A stretch of DNA of 64,000 nucleotides, taken from NCBI GenBank assembly GCA_035504095.1, contig DATJSN010000099.1, positions 2,093 through 66,092 on the forward strand. Reading direction: 5' to 3'. The DNA comes from Phycisphaerae bacterium (lineage in GTDB: Bacteria; Planctomycetota; Phycisphaerae; WQYP01). The position numbers and the translations under genes are program-made. Below are positions 10,273-20,205 of the stretch, in pieces (within the stretch, counting starts at the first letter, position 1; every line of letters starts with the position of its first letter). The notes beneath the pieces are model-generated. The model saw nothing but the letters and a program-made list of their open reading frames with translations. It ran no database searches and had not been told where the DNA came from.

Positions 10273-13059
10273 TCATCGGCCATCCCGCCGGCACCAGTCG
10301 CGCCACATCTTGCGGTAGGCCGATTCAACATTTACGGCAAAACGTTTAGCGTCCATCAATGGTGAACACGCCATCCGCTTGCGCAAGGTTGACCGTATAT
10401 TTCTTAATCGGGCTAAATCGCCGGCAAGGTTGACTATTATCTGGACGTATTCCTCCTGGGTGCGGGCGGCAAGTTCCTTTAAATCCAGGTTATTTAACTG
10501 GCTCCAGCCGGCCCGGCCCACTGCGGCGTCGCCGACCAGCGTTACTGTCGGCACCCCCATCCAGAAGCCATCCAGGCTGGTGGTATGACCGTTATAGGGC
10601 AGTGTATCGAGTCCGATATCAATGCGATGATATAGCTTCAAATATTCCTCACGAGGTCTAAAATCGGTGAATTCAATTCGAGAAGCAGCAATCCCATAGC
10701 GATCCAGTTTTGCACTTACCTGTTCCACGGCCCGGCTGCGCGGCGGCAGCAACATCAGTCGTGAACCTGGGACGGCATTAAGTGCTCCGGCCCAAAGCTC
10801 CAAAACCGAATCATTGACCTTGCAAAAATTATTCAGGCAACCAAAGGTAATAAAACCATTTTTTATCGCCGGCAACTCATGGACCTGAGGCTGATCAGTC
10901 TGAGGATCGTAGCACCAGAAAGAATCCGGCAGACAAACTGATTTTTCGGAATAATACGGACGATTCTGATCCGGTGGATCAAGGTATGGATCGGTTAAAC
11001 GGTAATCGATCGTCTCCAAACCGGTTGTTCCAGGATAACCCATGAACGTTACTTGTACTGGCGCCGGTTTACGGGCAAAAACGAGCAGGCGATTATCCGC
11101 CATGTGCAGGGCAAGATCGACCAGAATGTCAATGTCGTCGCTACGGATCACTTCCGCCGTCTCCTGATCGCTCAGACCTGTAATGTTCCGCCAATGATCG
11201 GAATGCGAATGAAATTTCTGGGTAAACGCATCAGAAATTTTGAGATTGGAATAACAAGTGATCTCGAATAATTCTCGGTTATGGTGAATCAGCAATGGAA
11301 GGAAATTCCTGCCCACAACGTGATCACGGAAATCGGGTGAGACATAACCAATCTTTAACTTTCGCTCCACGTCGCGATTGTTGGTATGAGGTTGAATGAG
11401 GTGTTTCAATGGATCGGCAAAACGTTTATTCCAGCGGCTGTGCTCTTCGTAAATAGTCGGGGCACTGTAACCGGGATGAAAATACAAAGCATAGAGGTAA
11501 TTGTCCCAGCCTATGGAAAAGTTCGGTTTAATATCGATTGCACGGCGAAAAGCTTCCACGGCGGCGTCCACTCGACCCTGTTCTTTAAGCAAGCTGCCGA
11601 GGGTGCAGTGTACTTCAGCAGAATCGGGCTTGAATTTCAGCGCGGCATTGCAGGAAGCAAGCGCTTCATCAAGTCTGCCCTGGGCTTTTAATGCCAAAGC
11701 CAGATTTTTATGAGCCTCGGCAAAATCGGGCCTTATTCTCAGCGCTGTGGAGCAGGCAACAATCGCGGCGTCAATTTTGCCGCGCACAAGCATAATCAGT
11801 CCGAGATTGTTATGAGCTTCGGCATAATCCGGCTTGATTTGCAATGCAGATAAAAACGAAGCGCTAGCGTCATCAAGCCTGCCAAGTGAATAAAGCACAT
11901 TGCCCATATTCAGGTGATAGGCGGCCACCATCGGATCGATGACAATCGCCCGGCCTATTAATTCCACGGCGCGCTGGTTTTCACCGCGCAAAGCTGCATT
12001 AACACCTGAAAGATTCAACGCGTCCGCCTGATTGGGGTCCGCGTCGAGCACACGGCGAAAAATAATTTCCGCTTCATTGAGCCTGCCGGCCTTTTGATGA
12101 CCGATTCCCTGATTCAATTCCTGTTTGATCGACGCATCGGACGCCGGCGAAAGCCGGGGTTCGACATAGCCGGACTTGCCATCCGCCGGTGAAGCGGCCG
12201 TGTTTATTTGCGGCGACATGGCCGACGACCTGGAAAAAATATTCTCCGTGCCTTCAAGATGGCCGAAAATTTCTTCAGAAAGCTCCACAAGTTCAGTATC
12301 GGAAAAAATCTGGCGAAAACGGGCGTCGCCGGCCATGGTTTTCCATCTGTGCAACACCTGCATCTGATCCGCCTGCCCATGATATTTGTCACTGTCGAAG
12401 GAACTGCCGCCGCCGTAACGCCGGATCACGCTTTTGAAACCAGCGTCTGTGAAAGTCAGGCCAAGTGTTTTGGCAAGTGAGAATCGATAATCACGATCGG
12501 TGTGCCAGCGGTTGTAATTGATGACGGTTTTATTGTGTTTGATTATTTGTGTTTTACCAAGGTATTCCCTGGCATAGGTTTTCCATAAATTCGCCATGTT
12601 GGTGCATGTATACTGCGCCTGCAACTGCTGCGACATCCAGGTGAGGCGGAAGCGGCTGGCAAAAAAATTAAACGCATCACGTAAAACAATGATGTCGATT
12701 CGTCGCTCGCTTGGACCAACAAACAGATCATGGTCGCGTTCAAAATCTTCACTAAAAACGGCTTCCAGAGGCCGGTCCTCATAGTTGTAAACCAGCCAAT
12801 CACGCTGAACCCAAAGTTTGAGCATGTTCTTGGGTGTCTGAATGGCAGTCGGTATATCCAGCACATTGCTGTCGGTACAACTTAAAAACGGGTTTGTCCC
12901 GGGAACTACATCATTAAGAAATGCGAATTCTACGATTGAACCGCCTTTGAATTGATCGGCCTGACCATGCTGAACCGCCTGAGCAACGATCCAATTAATG
13001 ACGCCATGCTGACCGCTGCGGCGAAGCGCCGCTATTCTAAGCTCTGTTTTATTCTTCAT
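10273..13059 (-). CDS. TPR + GT41 (O-GlcNAc transferase/SPINDLY-like) protein with an N-terminal sulfotransferase-like domain
   Basis: TPR array (PDYAEAHNNLG); GT41 motifs KIGYVSPDFRDH, APVQVTFMGYPGTTG, FGCLNNFCKVN and DTLPYNGHTT; N-terminal ~280 aa carry LRRSG and LRDAFNFFASR. Confidence 0.88.
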   Translation of the reverse strand: MKNKTELRIAALRRSGQHGVINWIVAQAVQHGQADQFKGGSIVEFAFLNDVVPGTNPFLSCTDSNVLDIPTAIQTPKNMLKLWVQRDWLVYNYEDRPLEAVFSEDFERDHDLFVGPSERRIDIIVLRDAFNFFASRFRLTWMSQQLQAQYTCTNMANLWKTYAREYLGKTQIIKHNKTVINYNRWHTDRDYRFSLAKTLGLTFTDAGFKSVIRRYGGGSSFDSDKYHGQADQMQVLHRWKTMAGDARFRQIFSDTELVELSEEIFGHLEGTENIFSRSSAMSPQINTAASPADGKSGYVEPRLSPASDASIKQELNQGIGHQKAGRLNEAEIIFRRVLDADPNQADALNLSGVNAALRGENQRAVELIGRAIVIDPMVAAYHLNMGNVLYSLGRLDDASASFLSALQIKPDYAEAHNNLGLIMLVRGKIDAAIVACSTALRIRPDFAEAHKNLALALKAQGRLDEALASCNAALKFKPDSAEVHCTLGSLLKEQGRVDAAVEAFRRAIDIKPNFSIGWDNYLYALYFHPGYSAPTIYEEHSRWNKRFADPLKHLIQPHTNNRDVERKLKIGYVSPDFRDHVVGRNFLPLLIHHNRELFEITCYSNLKISDAFTQKFHSHSDHWRNITGLSDQETAEVIRSDDIDILVDLALHMADNRLLVFARKPAPVQVTFMGYPGTTGLETIDYRLTDPYLDPPDQNRPYYSEKSVCLPDSFWCYDPQTDQPQVHELPAIKNGFITFGCLNNFCKVNDSVLELWAGALNAVPGSRLMLLPPRSRAVEQVSAKLDRYGIAASRIEFTDFRPREEYLKLYHRIDIGLDTLPYNGHTTSLDGFWMGVPTVTLVGDAAVGRAGWSQLNNLDLKELAARTQEEYVQIIVNLAGDLARLRNIRSTLRKRMACSPLMDAKRFAVNVESAYRKMWRDWCRRDGR

Positions 13060-13244
13060 CTTTTGCTACATCAGATAAATGAGCCGCAAAACCGCATTAT
13101 ACCGATTATATTTTTCGTCCAACGTTTGCTTGACTTTAGCCTCATAAATTAATAAAAGGAAAGATTGTTGAGAGAGCAACAGGATTTGAAAAGGAGGGCA
13201 TTTTTATTCCGGATATAACCGGAATGCGAAAGAAGGAGTCTTAT

Positions 13245-13496
13245 ATGGCTGTCAACAAAAAAATCGGTACGGAGCCGGCCTTCAAAGCACCTACGCCAGT
13301 CCCGCCAACCCCCATTGTCCGATCTGAATCTAAAGGAAGCGGAACCACCCCACCAACCGGTCGTGCAACCCCAAACCCGACCCATCAGCAGATTGCCGAA
13401 AGGGCATATCAGATTTATCTCAAACGCGGATTTGGTCCGGGTAATGCGCACACGGACTGGCTGGAAGCAGAACGCCAGTTGAAAGCCGGTTTATAA
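13245..13496 (+). CDS. DUF2934 domain-containing protein
   Basis: QQIAERAYQIYLKRG...DWLEAERQL signature; AAGGAG RBS before the ATG at 13245. Confidence 0.85.
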   Translation: MAVNKKIGTEPAFKAPTPVPPTPIVRSESKGSGTTPPTGRATPNPTHQQIAERAYQIYLKRGFGPGNAHTDWLEAERQLKAGL

Positions 13497-13600
13497 GCTT
13501 AACACAGCGATTTATTTACAATCTGGAATTGCATTCCAAGCGATTGGCCTTTAGCGTGTTTTTTTAAACGTGCCGGCGTGAGGTTATCATGCGCCCGATT

Positions 13601-14527
13601 TTATTTATCGTGATAGGCATGAACCACGTTCTGAACCAGCCGGTGGCGGACAATATCTGATTTATCCAGTTCAACAAACGCTATGCCGTGAATTCCGGTG
13701 AGCTTGTGCCGGGCATCAACCAGTCCACTGACCTGTCCGGGTTCCAGGTCAACCTGGGTTGGATCGCCGTTGACAATCATCTTGCTGCCTTCTCCAAGCC
13801 GCGTGAGAAACATGAGCATCTGAGCCGGCGTCGTGTTCTGCGCCTCATCCAGCAGAACAATGGAATGATTAAGCGTACGGCCGCGCATATAGGCCAACGG
13901 GGCAAGTTCAATGATGTCGTTGGCCATGAAACGACGAATTTGATCGAATGGCATCATGTCATGAAGCGCATCGAGCAGCGGCCGAAGATACGGATTCACC
14001 TTGGCTTGAATATCCCCAGGCAAAAACCCCAATTTTTCTCCCGCTTCCACGGCAGGCCGTACAAGTACAAGACGGCGGACTTCTCCGCGGCGCAGCATGC
14101 TTACCGCCAGCGCGACGGCCAAAAATGTTTTCCCGGTTCCCGCCGGGCCGGCACAAAAAACCATGTCGTGCGTTTGAATCGCCTCGACATATCTTTTTTG
14201 ACCTTCAGTTCGCGGCTGCGCCCGATGACCCGAGGAATTCATATCAGGCAAATCATCCTGATGACGCTGAGCCTGACCGGCGCCCATGCGGATGGCCGCG
14301 GCAATATGTTCAGAATCCAAAGTGTCGCGTTGCCGCAGCATCTGACGCATGGCGGCGATGACGGTGGTGCACCGCTCGACGGCTTCCGGATCGCCGCTGA
14401 CTTTTAAAACGTCGCCGCGGGCCATCAGGTGTACGCCAAGTGCCTCGCGGAGAGTTTTTAAATGTCGATCGGCGATGCCGAATAAAGCCACTTTTTCTTC
14501 GGGCTCAATATGAATGTTGACGGCCAC
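13601..14527 (-). CDS. phoH: PhoH family ATPase
   Basis: GPAGTGKTFLA, RPAVEAGEKLGFLPGD, YMRGRTL and DEAQN motifs. Confidence 0.95.
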   Translation of the reverse strand: MAVNIHIEPEEKVALFGIADRHLKTLREALGVHLMARGDVLKVSGDPEAVERCTTVIAAMRQMLRQRDTLDSEHIAAAIRMGAGQAQRHQDDLPDMNSSGHRAQPRTEGQKRYVEAIQTHDMVFCAGPAGTGKTFLAVALAVSMLRRGEVRRLVLVRPAVEAGEKLGFLPGDIQAKVNPYLRPLLDALHDMMPFDQIRRFMANDIIELAPLAYMRGRTLNHSIVLLDEAQNTTPAQMLMFLTRLGEGSKMIVNGDPTQVDLEPGQVSGLVDARHKLTGIHGIAFVELDKSDIVRHRLVQNVVHAYHDK

Positions 14528-14614
14528 TGAAACTCCTTGACATTACTTTAACACAATAGCCACCCCCGGCAATAAAAACAGGTAGAATTCAAACCAGAGC
14601 CCGGCATGTAACGG

Positions 14615-15703
14615 ATGTACCCGGGCAGCAACGAATTTGGAGTCCGGCAAATGACTTTATTACCCAGAAAAAAGGTTCATACAGGACGTGCAAAACAGGA
14701 AAAACTCCTTGATGCCTGTCATAAGCTTCTTAAAGAAGTGCCAATTGATCAGGATTCGGATCTGGCGGTGGAAATCCTCTACGCCGCCATGCGACTCGCG
14801 GCTGATCATCCTGGCAGAGCCGATCTAAAATTTGCCATCAAAGCCCTCAAGGAATTGCGCTATGGATTTAAAGTATTTCGCCCCTACCTTAAACGCAAAA
14901 AGATCAGCGTCTTTGGCTCGGCCCGCACTTCGCCGAATCACCCTGATTACCTTGCCGCCATGGATTTTGGGCGAAAAATAGCCCAGGCCGGCTATATGGT
15001 TATCACCGGCGCCGGCGGCGGCATCATGCATGCAGCGCATGATGGCGCCGGCAAAGAGAGTTCCTTTGGGGTCGCTATCAAACTGCCATTCGAACAGGAT
15101 GTAAATCCCATTATTTCCGGCGATGAAAAGCTGGCGTATTTCCGCTATTTTTTTTCTCGCAAAATCATGTTTGTCAAGGAAACGCATGCGGTTGCACTAT
15201 TTCCAGGCGGCTTTGGCACGCATGATGAAGCATTTGAAGTTCTGACATTGATTCAAACCGGCCGCACCGATCCCATGCCGGTGGTGATGATTGAACATCC
15301 GGGAAGCGATTATTGGCAAAAATGGGATCAATTTATCCGTGAAAAATTGCTCGCCGGCGGGTTGATTTCGCCATCCGATCTGTCGCTTTGGACGATCACC
15401 TCAGATACGACGGCCGCGGTCAATTATATCACGCATTTTTACAACAATTATCAATCTCAGCGATTTGTGCGCGATAAACTGGTTATCAGAATCCGCCGTG
15501 CGCCCAATGAAGCGCAACTGGAAAGCATTAATGCCGAATTTGCCGATTTATGCGATCCTGGTCGGATTACGGTTTCAACGGCAACTGATGCTGAACCAGG
15601 TGATCCGCCTGACACCGATCTGGCCAGGCTGGTTTTGCCTTTTAATCGCCAATCGTCTTCACGGCTGCGTATGCTGATCGATCGATTGAATAATCTTGAT
15701 TAG
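14615..15703 (+). CDS. LOG family (Rossmann-fold) nucleotide phosphoribohydrolase
   Basis: SVFGSAR, ITGAGGGIM and PGGFGTHDE motifs. Start may be 14651. Confidence 0.88.
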   Translation: MYPGSNEFGVRQMTLLPRKKVHTGRAKQEKLLDACHKLLKEVPIDQDSDLAVEILYAAMRLAADHPGRADLKFAIKALKELRYGFKVFRPYLKRKKISVFGSARTSPNHPDYLAAMDFGRKIAQAGYMVITGAGGGIMHAAHDGAGKESSFGVAIKLPFEQDVNPIISGDEKLAYFRYFFSRKIMFVKETHAVALFPGGFGTHDEAFEVLTLIQTGRTDPMPVVMIEHPGSDYWQKWDQFIREKLLAGGLISPSDLSLWTITSDTTAAVNYITHFYNNYQSQRFVRDKLVIRIRRAPNEAQLESINAEFADLCDPGRITVSTATDAEPGDPPDTDLARLVLPFNRQSSSRLRMLIDRLNNLD

Positions 15704-15773
15704 CTATTAATTTGGAAACGTATTTGCTCGTGGCTGGAAAATATTTATCCGATCCATTGGCGATCAATTGAAT

Positions 15774-16901
15774 TTATCGACCGCCGTAGGGTGAAACGTA
15801 TACGCTGGGGAAATTAGAAAGCGTAACCGACTCGGCATGTCCATCACAAAAGGCTACATTAATTTCATTACCATGGCGGGTGAATGCGACGTCTGAAACA
15901 GCGCTATTGTTATAATCCGGGTCTTTCCCATTCGTACCGAATAATTTGCCGGCTGTAGGAGGAATCGGGATGCGATCGCGCAAGAAGCTGGCACCATTGG
16001 TTCCGGAAGAAGAAGAAGAAGACAAAAATACTCCAGCCAAAGTACATGGATCAATATTACCCGGTACAACAGCGGTGTCGTTGTTTGTAGTGTAATAAAC
16101 TGTGTCGTTGTAGTCTAAAATATTTGTTACAGAATCATCAATATTTCCACCCAACGCCGGTCGTGTACCGCAGTCGGCATAAAGAAGTGTTTTTGACGGA
16201 TTAGCAACCAAATTTAATTTGGTGTTCAGAGGCCACGTTGTACCCTGTGTGGAAGAGTCGCCGACAGCGGGCCAATCTTGTTGATTATTTGACATAACCA
16301 TCCAACCAATTCCACTGACAACATTGCAGCAAATATCGGCGTTAACGCCATACGAAATAGGATAATAGCCGTTAAATACGCTGCCTGGATAACCGCTCGG
16401 CTCAGACTGTGGAGGACTTAAACTACCAATGTCCACATTGTTAAACAACTGGTAACCTCTATAAGGCGGCATGGTCATAGACGGATCGCTGGGACAAATA
16501 AATACTTTTGAACCCGTACCGTTTATTCCAAAATTCATGAAATCCTGCTGATCGGTGCCACCCAAATCCGGTACCAGGGCACTGGCCCAATCATCAAGAA
16601 CGGGCGAAATGTGAGCACCGGTTGCCGGATCAATATACCGATATGCATACATGGTAAGCCCCGAATCGATATAGGGCTTAACTACTGTACTCCAATCGGA
16701 AACAGATTGAATTAAGCCATTATGTTCCTGGGCAAATTCGTGAGCAGCGATGCCGATCTGCCGGACATTGGAAAGACAGGCCGCGGTATTGGCGGTTTGC
16801 CGAGCCGCACTTAATGCAGGCAGAAGTATGGCAATCAGTAAAGCAATGATGGAAATAACCACCAATAGCTCAATTAGCGTAAATGCGCTGCGAAACTTCA
16901 T
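15774..16901 (-). CDS. Prepilin-type N-terminal cleavage/methylation protein with H-X9-DG motif (DUF1559-like)
   Basis: AFTLIELLVVISIIALLIAILLPALSAAR...ACLSNVRQIG, FICPSD and C-terminal RHGNEINVAFCDGHAE; GAGGAG RBS before the ATG at 16901. Confidence 0.92.
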   Translation of the reverse strand: MKFRSAFTLIELLVVISIIALLIAILLPALSAARQTANTAACLSNVRQIGIAAHEFAQEHNGLIQSVSDWSTVVKPYIDSGLTMYAYRYIDPATGAHISPVLDDWASALVPDLGGTDQQDFMNFGINGTGSKVFICPSDPSMTMPPYRGYQLFNNVDIGSLSPPQSEPSGYPGSVFNGYYPISYGVNADICCNVVSGIGWMVMSNNQQDWPAVGDSSTQGTTWPLNTKLNLVANPSKTLLYADCGTRPALGGNIDDSVTNILDYNDTVYYTTNNDTAVVPGNIDPCTLAGVFLSSSSSSGTNGASFLRDRIPIPPTAGKLFGTNGKDPDYNNSAVSDVAFTRHGNEINVAFCDGHAESVTLSNFPSVYVSPYGGR

Positions 16902-16983
16902 CCGTGTATCGCTCCTCAAAGTCGCCATTTACCAAATCCGCCATTCCTGTTGAGTTGCTGTAAGGCGTCTAACCTTGAATAGA

Positions 16984-17012
16984 GTTTAACCGGTTAAACA
17001 GTCGTATGTCAA
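16984..17012 (-). promoter_or_regulatory. Sigma70-type promoter with overlapping LacI-type operator (perfect palindrome)
   Basis: GTTTAACCGGTTAAAC at 16984-16999 is a perfect 16-bp palindrome. The minus strand reads TTGACA-N18-TAAACT, with the -10 box overlapping the operator. Confidence 0.8.
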
Positions 17013-17088
17013 GAGAAAAACGTTTTTTTTATGATTGTAAATAATCCAAAAATATCCGCCTTTATGGGAATCTAAAATAAATAAAATA

Positions 17089-20000
17089 TCACTTTCGCGA
17101 ATTTTTCCGGCGCTTAAATATCAATGGTACAAGTCCGGCAAAAAATAACCCCAGGCTCGCCGGCTCTGGAATAGGTTGCGTTGGATTTGACGCCGCCCAA
17201 CTATACTCCGAGAGCAATTGATCGTACGCCTGCATGGTTGGTGAACCAGATGCATAGCCGAGGTATTGAAGTTCTTCGCCGAAATCCAGAAGGTCCTGAT
17301 AGTCGATATTACCTGTTCCATCAAAATCGGCGGCGGGATTGTATGTGGGATCATAATCAGGACTGCTGGGGTTATTATCGGCCAATAGCTGGCCGAAGAG
17401 TTGTACGTCGGTTTCATTGATTTGGTCGTCAAAGTTCAGATCGCCAAGGCCGAGGCCTGTGCCAACCGCATAGAGTCCGGTGAATCGTTGTATGTTGTAT
17501 GTGCCATCAGGTTTATAGGTTACAACGGTCGCGACCTGGTTACCGCTATCGAGATTGTCTTCGTTAATGGAAAACAAATTGCTGTCGATCTGGGTCGTTT
17601 CATTGGAACCGCTAACCAGGGAGAGTATCTGGCTGGTGGTATCCTCGACAGGCAAATTCCAGAGTACGTAAACGCTGGTGGCCAACCCATCGACCGATTG
17701 AATTTGCAACTGATAATTTCCGGACGTTCCCACGCTGACAGGACTGAAGCTGGAAATTTCTGAAACCGGCGGAGCGGTGTCGACATAAATCGGCATGGAC
17801 CAGTCGGTATATACCGGCGGTTCGCCGGAATTGCGGGCACGAAAAGCGATGGCTTCTAAATAGTCATACCCTTGCGGTAAATCGCTGGTGTTGATGGTTT
17901 CAGTGTAAAGTCCTGTGCCATTCGGGTCGTCGGGATTGTTATTGGCGTATGGATATAGAGGGCTTTGATTCTGGAATGGAATATAACCATAACTGACGTT
18001 ATTGGGATTGGTGCTTACAAATGTTTGGCCATTCAGCTGCAATCCGCCGTTGATTTTCAACTCGGCAAAGTTACCGCCGGCATAGGGATCAAATAGATTG
18101 CCAAGCAATTCCACGTTTTCGGTCTGCAATTGTATTTGGAATGAACTCGCCTTGATCACTGCCACGCTGCTGACGGTATCGGCGCCATTTTCGTAGGCGA
18201 TATTGCTATCCGATGTATTCGGCACCGTTCCAGCAATCTGACCGGAGACGTTGGTAAGCGTCAACTTGCCGATCGGTGTCGGCGGCCCATAGATCAGATA
18301 TCCCTCGCCGGTGAATGTGCCGCTGCTGTTATCGTTGTTGGGGAAGGTTACGTTAACGACGCCGTTGGAATAGACCTGTAATACCTGCGGCAAACCATTG
18401 GCCGCGGCATTGCCGGTCAGCTCAACGAGGTAGGGAGTATTACTGGAACTAAAATCAGTGGTCAGAGAAGTTGAATAATTTCCGCCGCCGGTTTGATTGT
18501 TTAAAAGGACGATCGCATCATCATCGCGCTCAAAAGCATAATTATTCTGGCTCAAATACAATTGAGTATAATTTCCCGTGCTAAAGCGATTACGGATATC
18601 CACAAGCCCGCTGACCTGATTGGTATGTTTAAGGGTCATCGTGCCGTACGACGCGCCGCCGGTTGGAGCGTTATAAGTATTTAACGTATTGTCGGCCAGC
18701 ATGCCGCCATAAGCTCCACCTAGAGCATTTTCTTCGCCCGAATATGGAAATGATCCACTTACATCTGTTTCTCCATTGAAGTAGATAATGGCGTCACCGG
18801 GCAGCATGAGCGTATAGGCGTCGGCGACATTGCTCAGGTAAGGTGGCGGTGCATCTTCATCCTGATTCGAGACAAATTTAACGCCATATATACTGTAGGG
18901 GGGATCCACGCCATCACCGGAATCGTTATTGCCGAGTGATTGATTGACGAAATTATTCCAATTATTGGTATAACCGTTACTGCTCAGATTGCTGTCCATG
19001 TTGAAATACCATTGATAAGCCAAAGCATTCAATTCGCCCGAAACGGTTCCATTGTTGGCCGCAAAATCGCTAAGCGGATTCATATTGATAATGCCGTTTG
19101 GCGGAGCATCTACAGGAACCGTCGAGTTTTCGTATTCGCTATAACCAAAAATGACTTCCTGTTCACCGTTGAGATAAGTTCGCGGTGAAGCGTGATAAAC
19201 CGCCTGCTCATAATAAGGGAGCATGGTGGGCCATTCCATGTTCTTGACGGCATCAAGGCGGAATCCGTCAACACCCAGCACCTGAATGTAATATTGCAGG
19301 ACCGTCATCATATAACCGGTGTCATTTTCCTCCGTCGGTGAGCCGGCGCCGGGGTCGGACGTGTTGAATTGGCTCACTTCGATATTACTCTGGCCGGTGG
19401 CTGGATTATAAAGATAATTGGGGTTGTATCCCTGTTCAGGGGAAAATTGCTGATTGGCGGGCATAGCCTGATTAGCAATGCGTCCAAAAGCTGGCGTTGT
19501 CCCTGCAGGCAAATTGTTCGGATTTCCAACAGTTGTCGGTTCGCGAAGATAATTATTATCGGTATCAAAATTGATGTTGACCAGACCGTTGGTTTGCCCT
19601 GTTTCCGGATTCTCAGATGAATTGATGTCCGGATTATTAAAATCTCCCAAATTGCTTGAATCGCCGCTTGTGTTTACAAATCCAGGATAGCCACCGGCTT
19701 CCTGAAAAGTATTGCCATTGCTATCCGTTGTACCATAGTCTGAATCACCATTGTGGCCCAATGAAAAATCGGTGACAACATCGCCGCCCATTTGATGCAC
19801 GGCATCGATCAAGCTTTCATATTCATTCTGCGTTCCATATAGCGTCGGATCATTCGGGGAACCCAGATCGAGACGATTGTAAACGTCGTAGCCAACAGAT
19901 TCATTACCGCTATCGGCACGCGACGGTGGAGGCGTTTGGAGTGTTCCATAACCAGCATCGAATATGTCCGGCATACGGTTCTGAATCTGTGTCCAGGAAC

Positions 20001-20205
20001 CGCCAAAATAATCCAAAATAGCCGGTGGTGAATAATCCACGCTGCCGGAAATTGAATTAGAGACTGGATAAGCCTGGCCGAGGGCGAATGGCTGCGCGCT
20101 TAGACAATATCCAGCGCATAAGCTGGCGGCGACCAAATACATTTTTCGCCGCAGGAGGTTTTTAGAGAATTGACTGTGAGCCATATTTTCACTTCCCATG
20201 GTCAT
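17089..20205 (-). CDS. Surface-anchored GH13 alpha-amylase with dockerin-like repeat and PEP-CTERM
   Basis: SVGYDVYNRLDLG, DGFRLDAVKN, GYSEYE and FVSNQDE motifs; GDLNFDDQINETD...AADFDGTGNIDYQD; IPEPASLGLFFAGLVPLIFKRRK. ATGA overlap with the upstream stop. Confidence 0.88.
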   Translation of the reverse strand: MTMGSENMAHSQFSKNLLRRKMYLVAASLCAGYCLSAQPFALGQAYPVSNSISGSVDYSPPAILDYFGGSWTQIQNRMPDIFDAGYGTLQTPPPSRADSGNESVGYDVYNRLDLGSPNDPTLYGTQNEYESLIDAVHQMGGDVVTDFSLGHNGDSDYGTTDSNGNTFQEAGGYPGFVNTSGDSSNLGDFNNPDINSSENPETGQTNGLVNINFDTDNNYLREPTTVGNPNNLPAGTTPAFGRIANQAMPANQQFSPEQGYNPNYLYNPATGQSNIEVSQFNTSDPGAGSPTEENDTGYMMTVLQYYIQVLGVDGFRLDAVKNMEWPTMLPYYEQAVYHASPRTYLNGEQEVIFGYSEYENSTVPVDAPPNGIINMNPLSDFAANNGTVSGELNALAYQWYFNMDSNLSSNGYTNNWNNFVNQSLGNNDSGDGVDPPYSIYGVKFVSNQDEDAPPPYLSNVADAYTLMLPGDAIIYFNGETDVSGSFPYSGEENALGGAYGGMLADNTLNTYNAPTGGASYGTMTLKHTNQVSGLVDIRNRFSTGNYTQLYLSQNNYAFERDDDAIVLLNNQTGGGNYSTSLTTDFSSSNTPYLVELTGNAAANGLPQVLQVYSNGVVNVTFPNNDNSSGTFTGEGYLIYGPPTPIGKLTLTNVSGQIAGTVPNTSDSNIAYENGADTVSSVAVIKASSFQIQLQTENVELLGNLFDPYAGGNFAELKINGGLQLNGQTFVSTNPNNVSYGYIPFQNQSPLYPYANNNPDDPNGTGLYTETINTSDLPQGYDYLEAIAFRARNSGEPPVYTDWSMPIYVDTAPPVSEISSFSPVSVGTSGNYQLQIQSVDGLATSVYVLWNLPVEDTTSQILSLVSGSNETTQIDSNLFSINEDNLDSGNQVATVVTYKPDGTYNIQRFTGLYAVGTGLGLGDLNFDDQINETDVQLFGQLLADNNPSSPDYDPTYNPAADFDGTGNIDYQDLLDFGEELQYLGYASGSPTMQAYDQLLSEYSWAASNPTQPIPEPASLGLFFAGLVPLIFKRRKNSRK

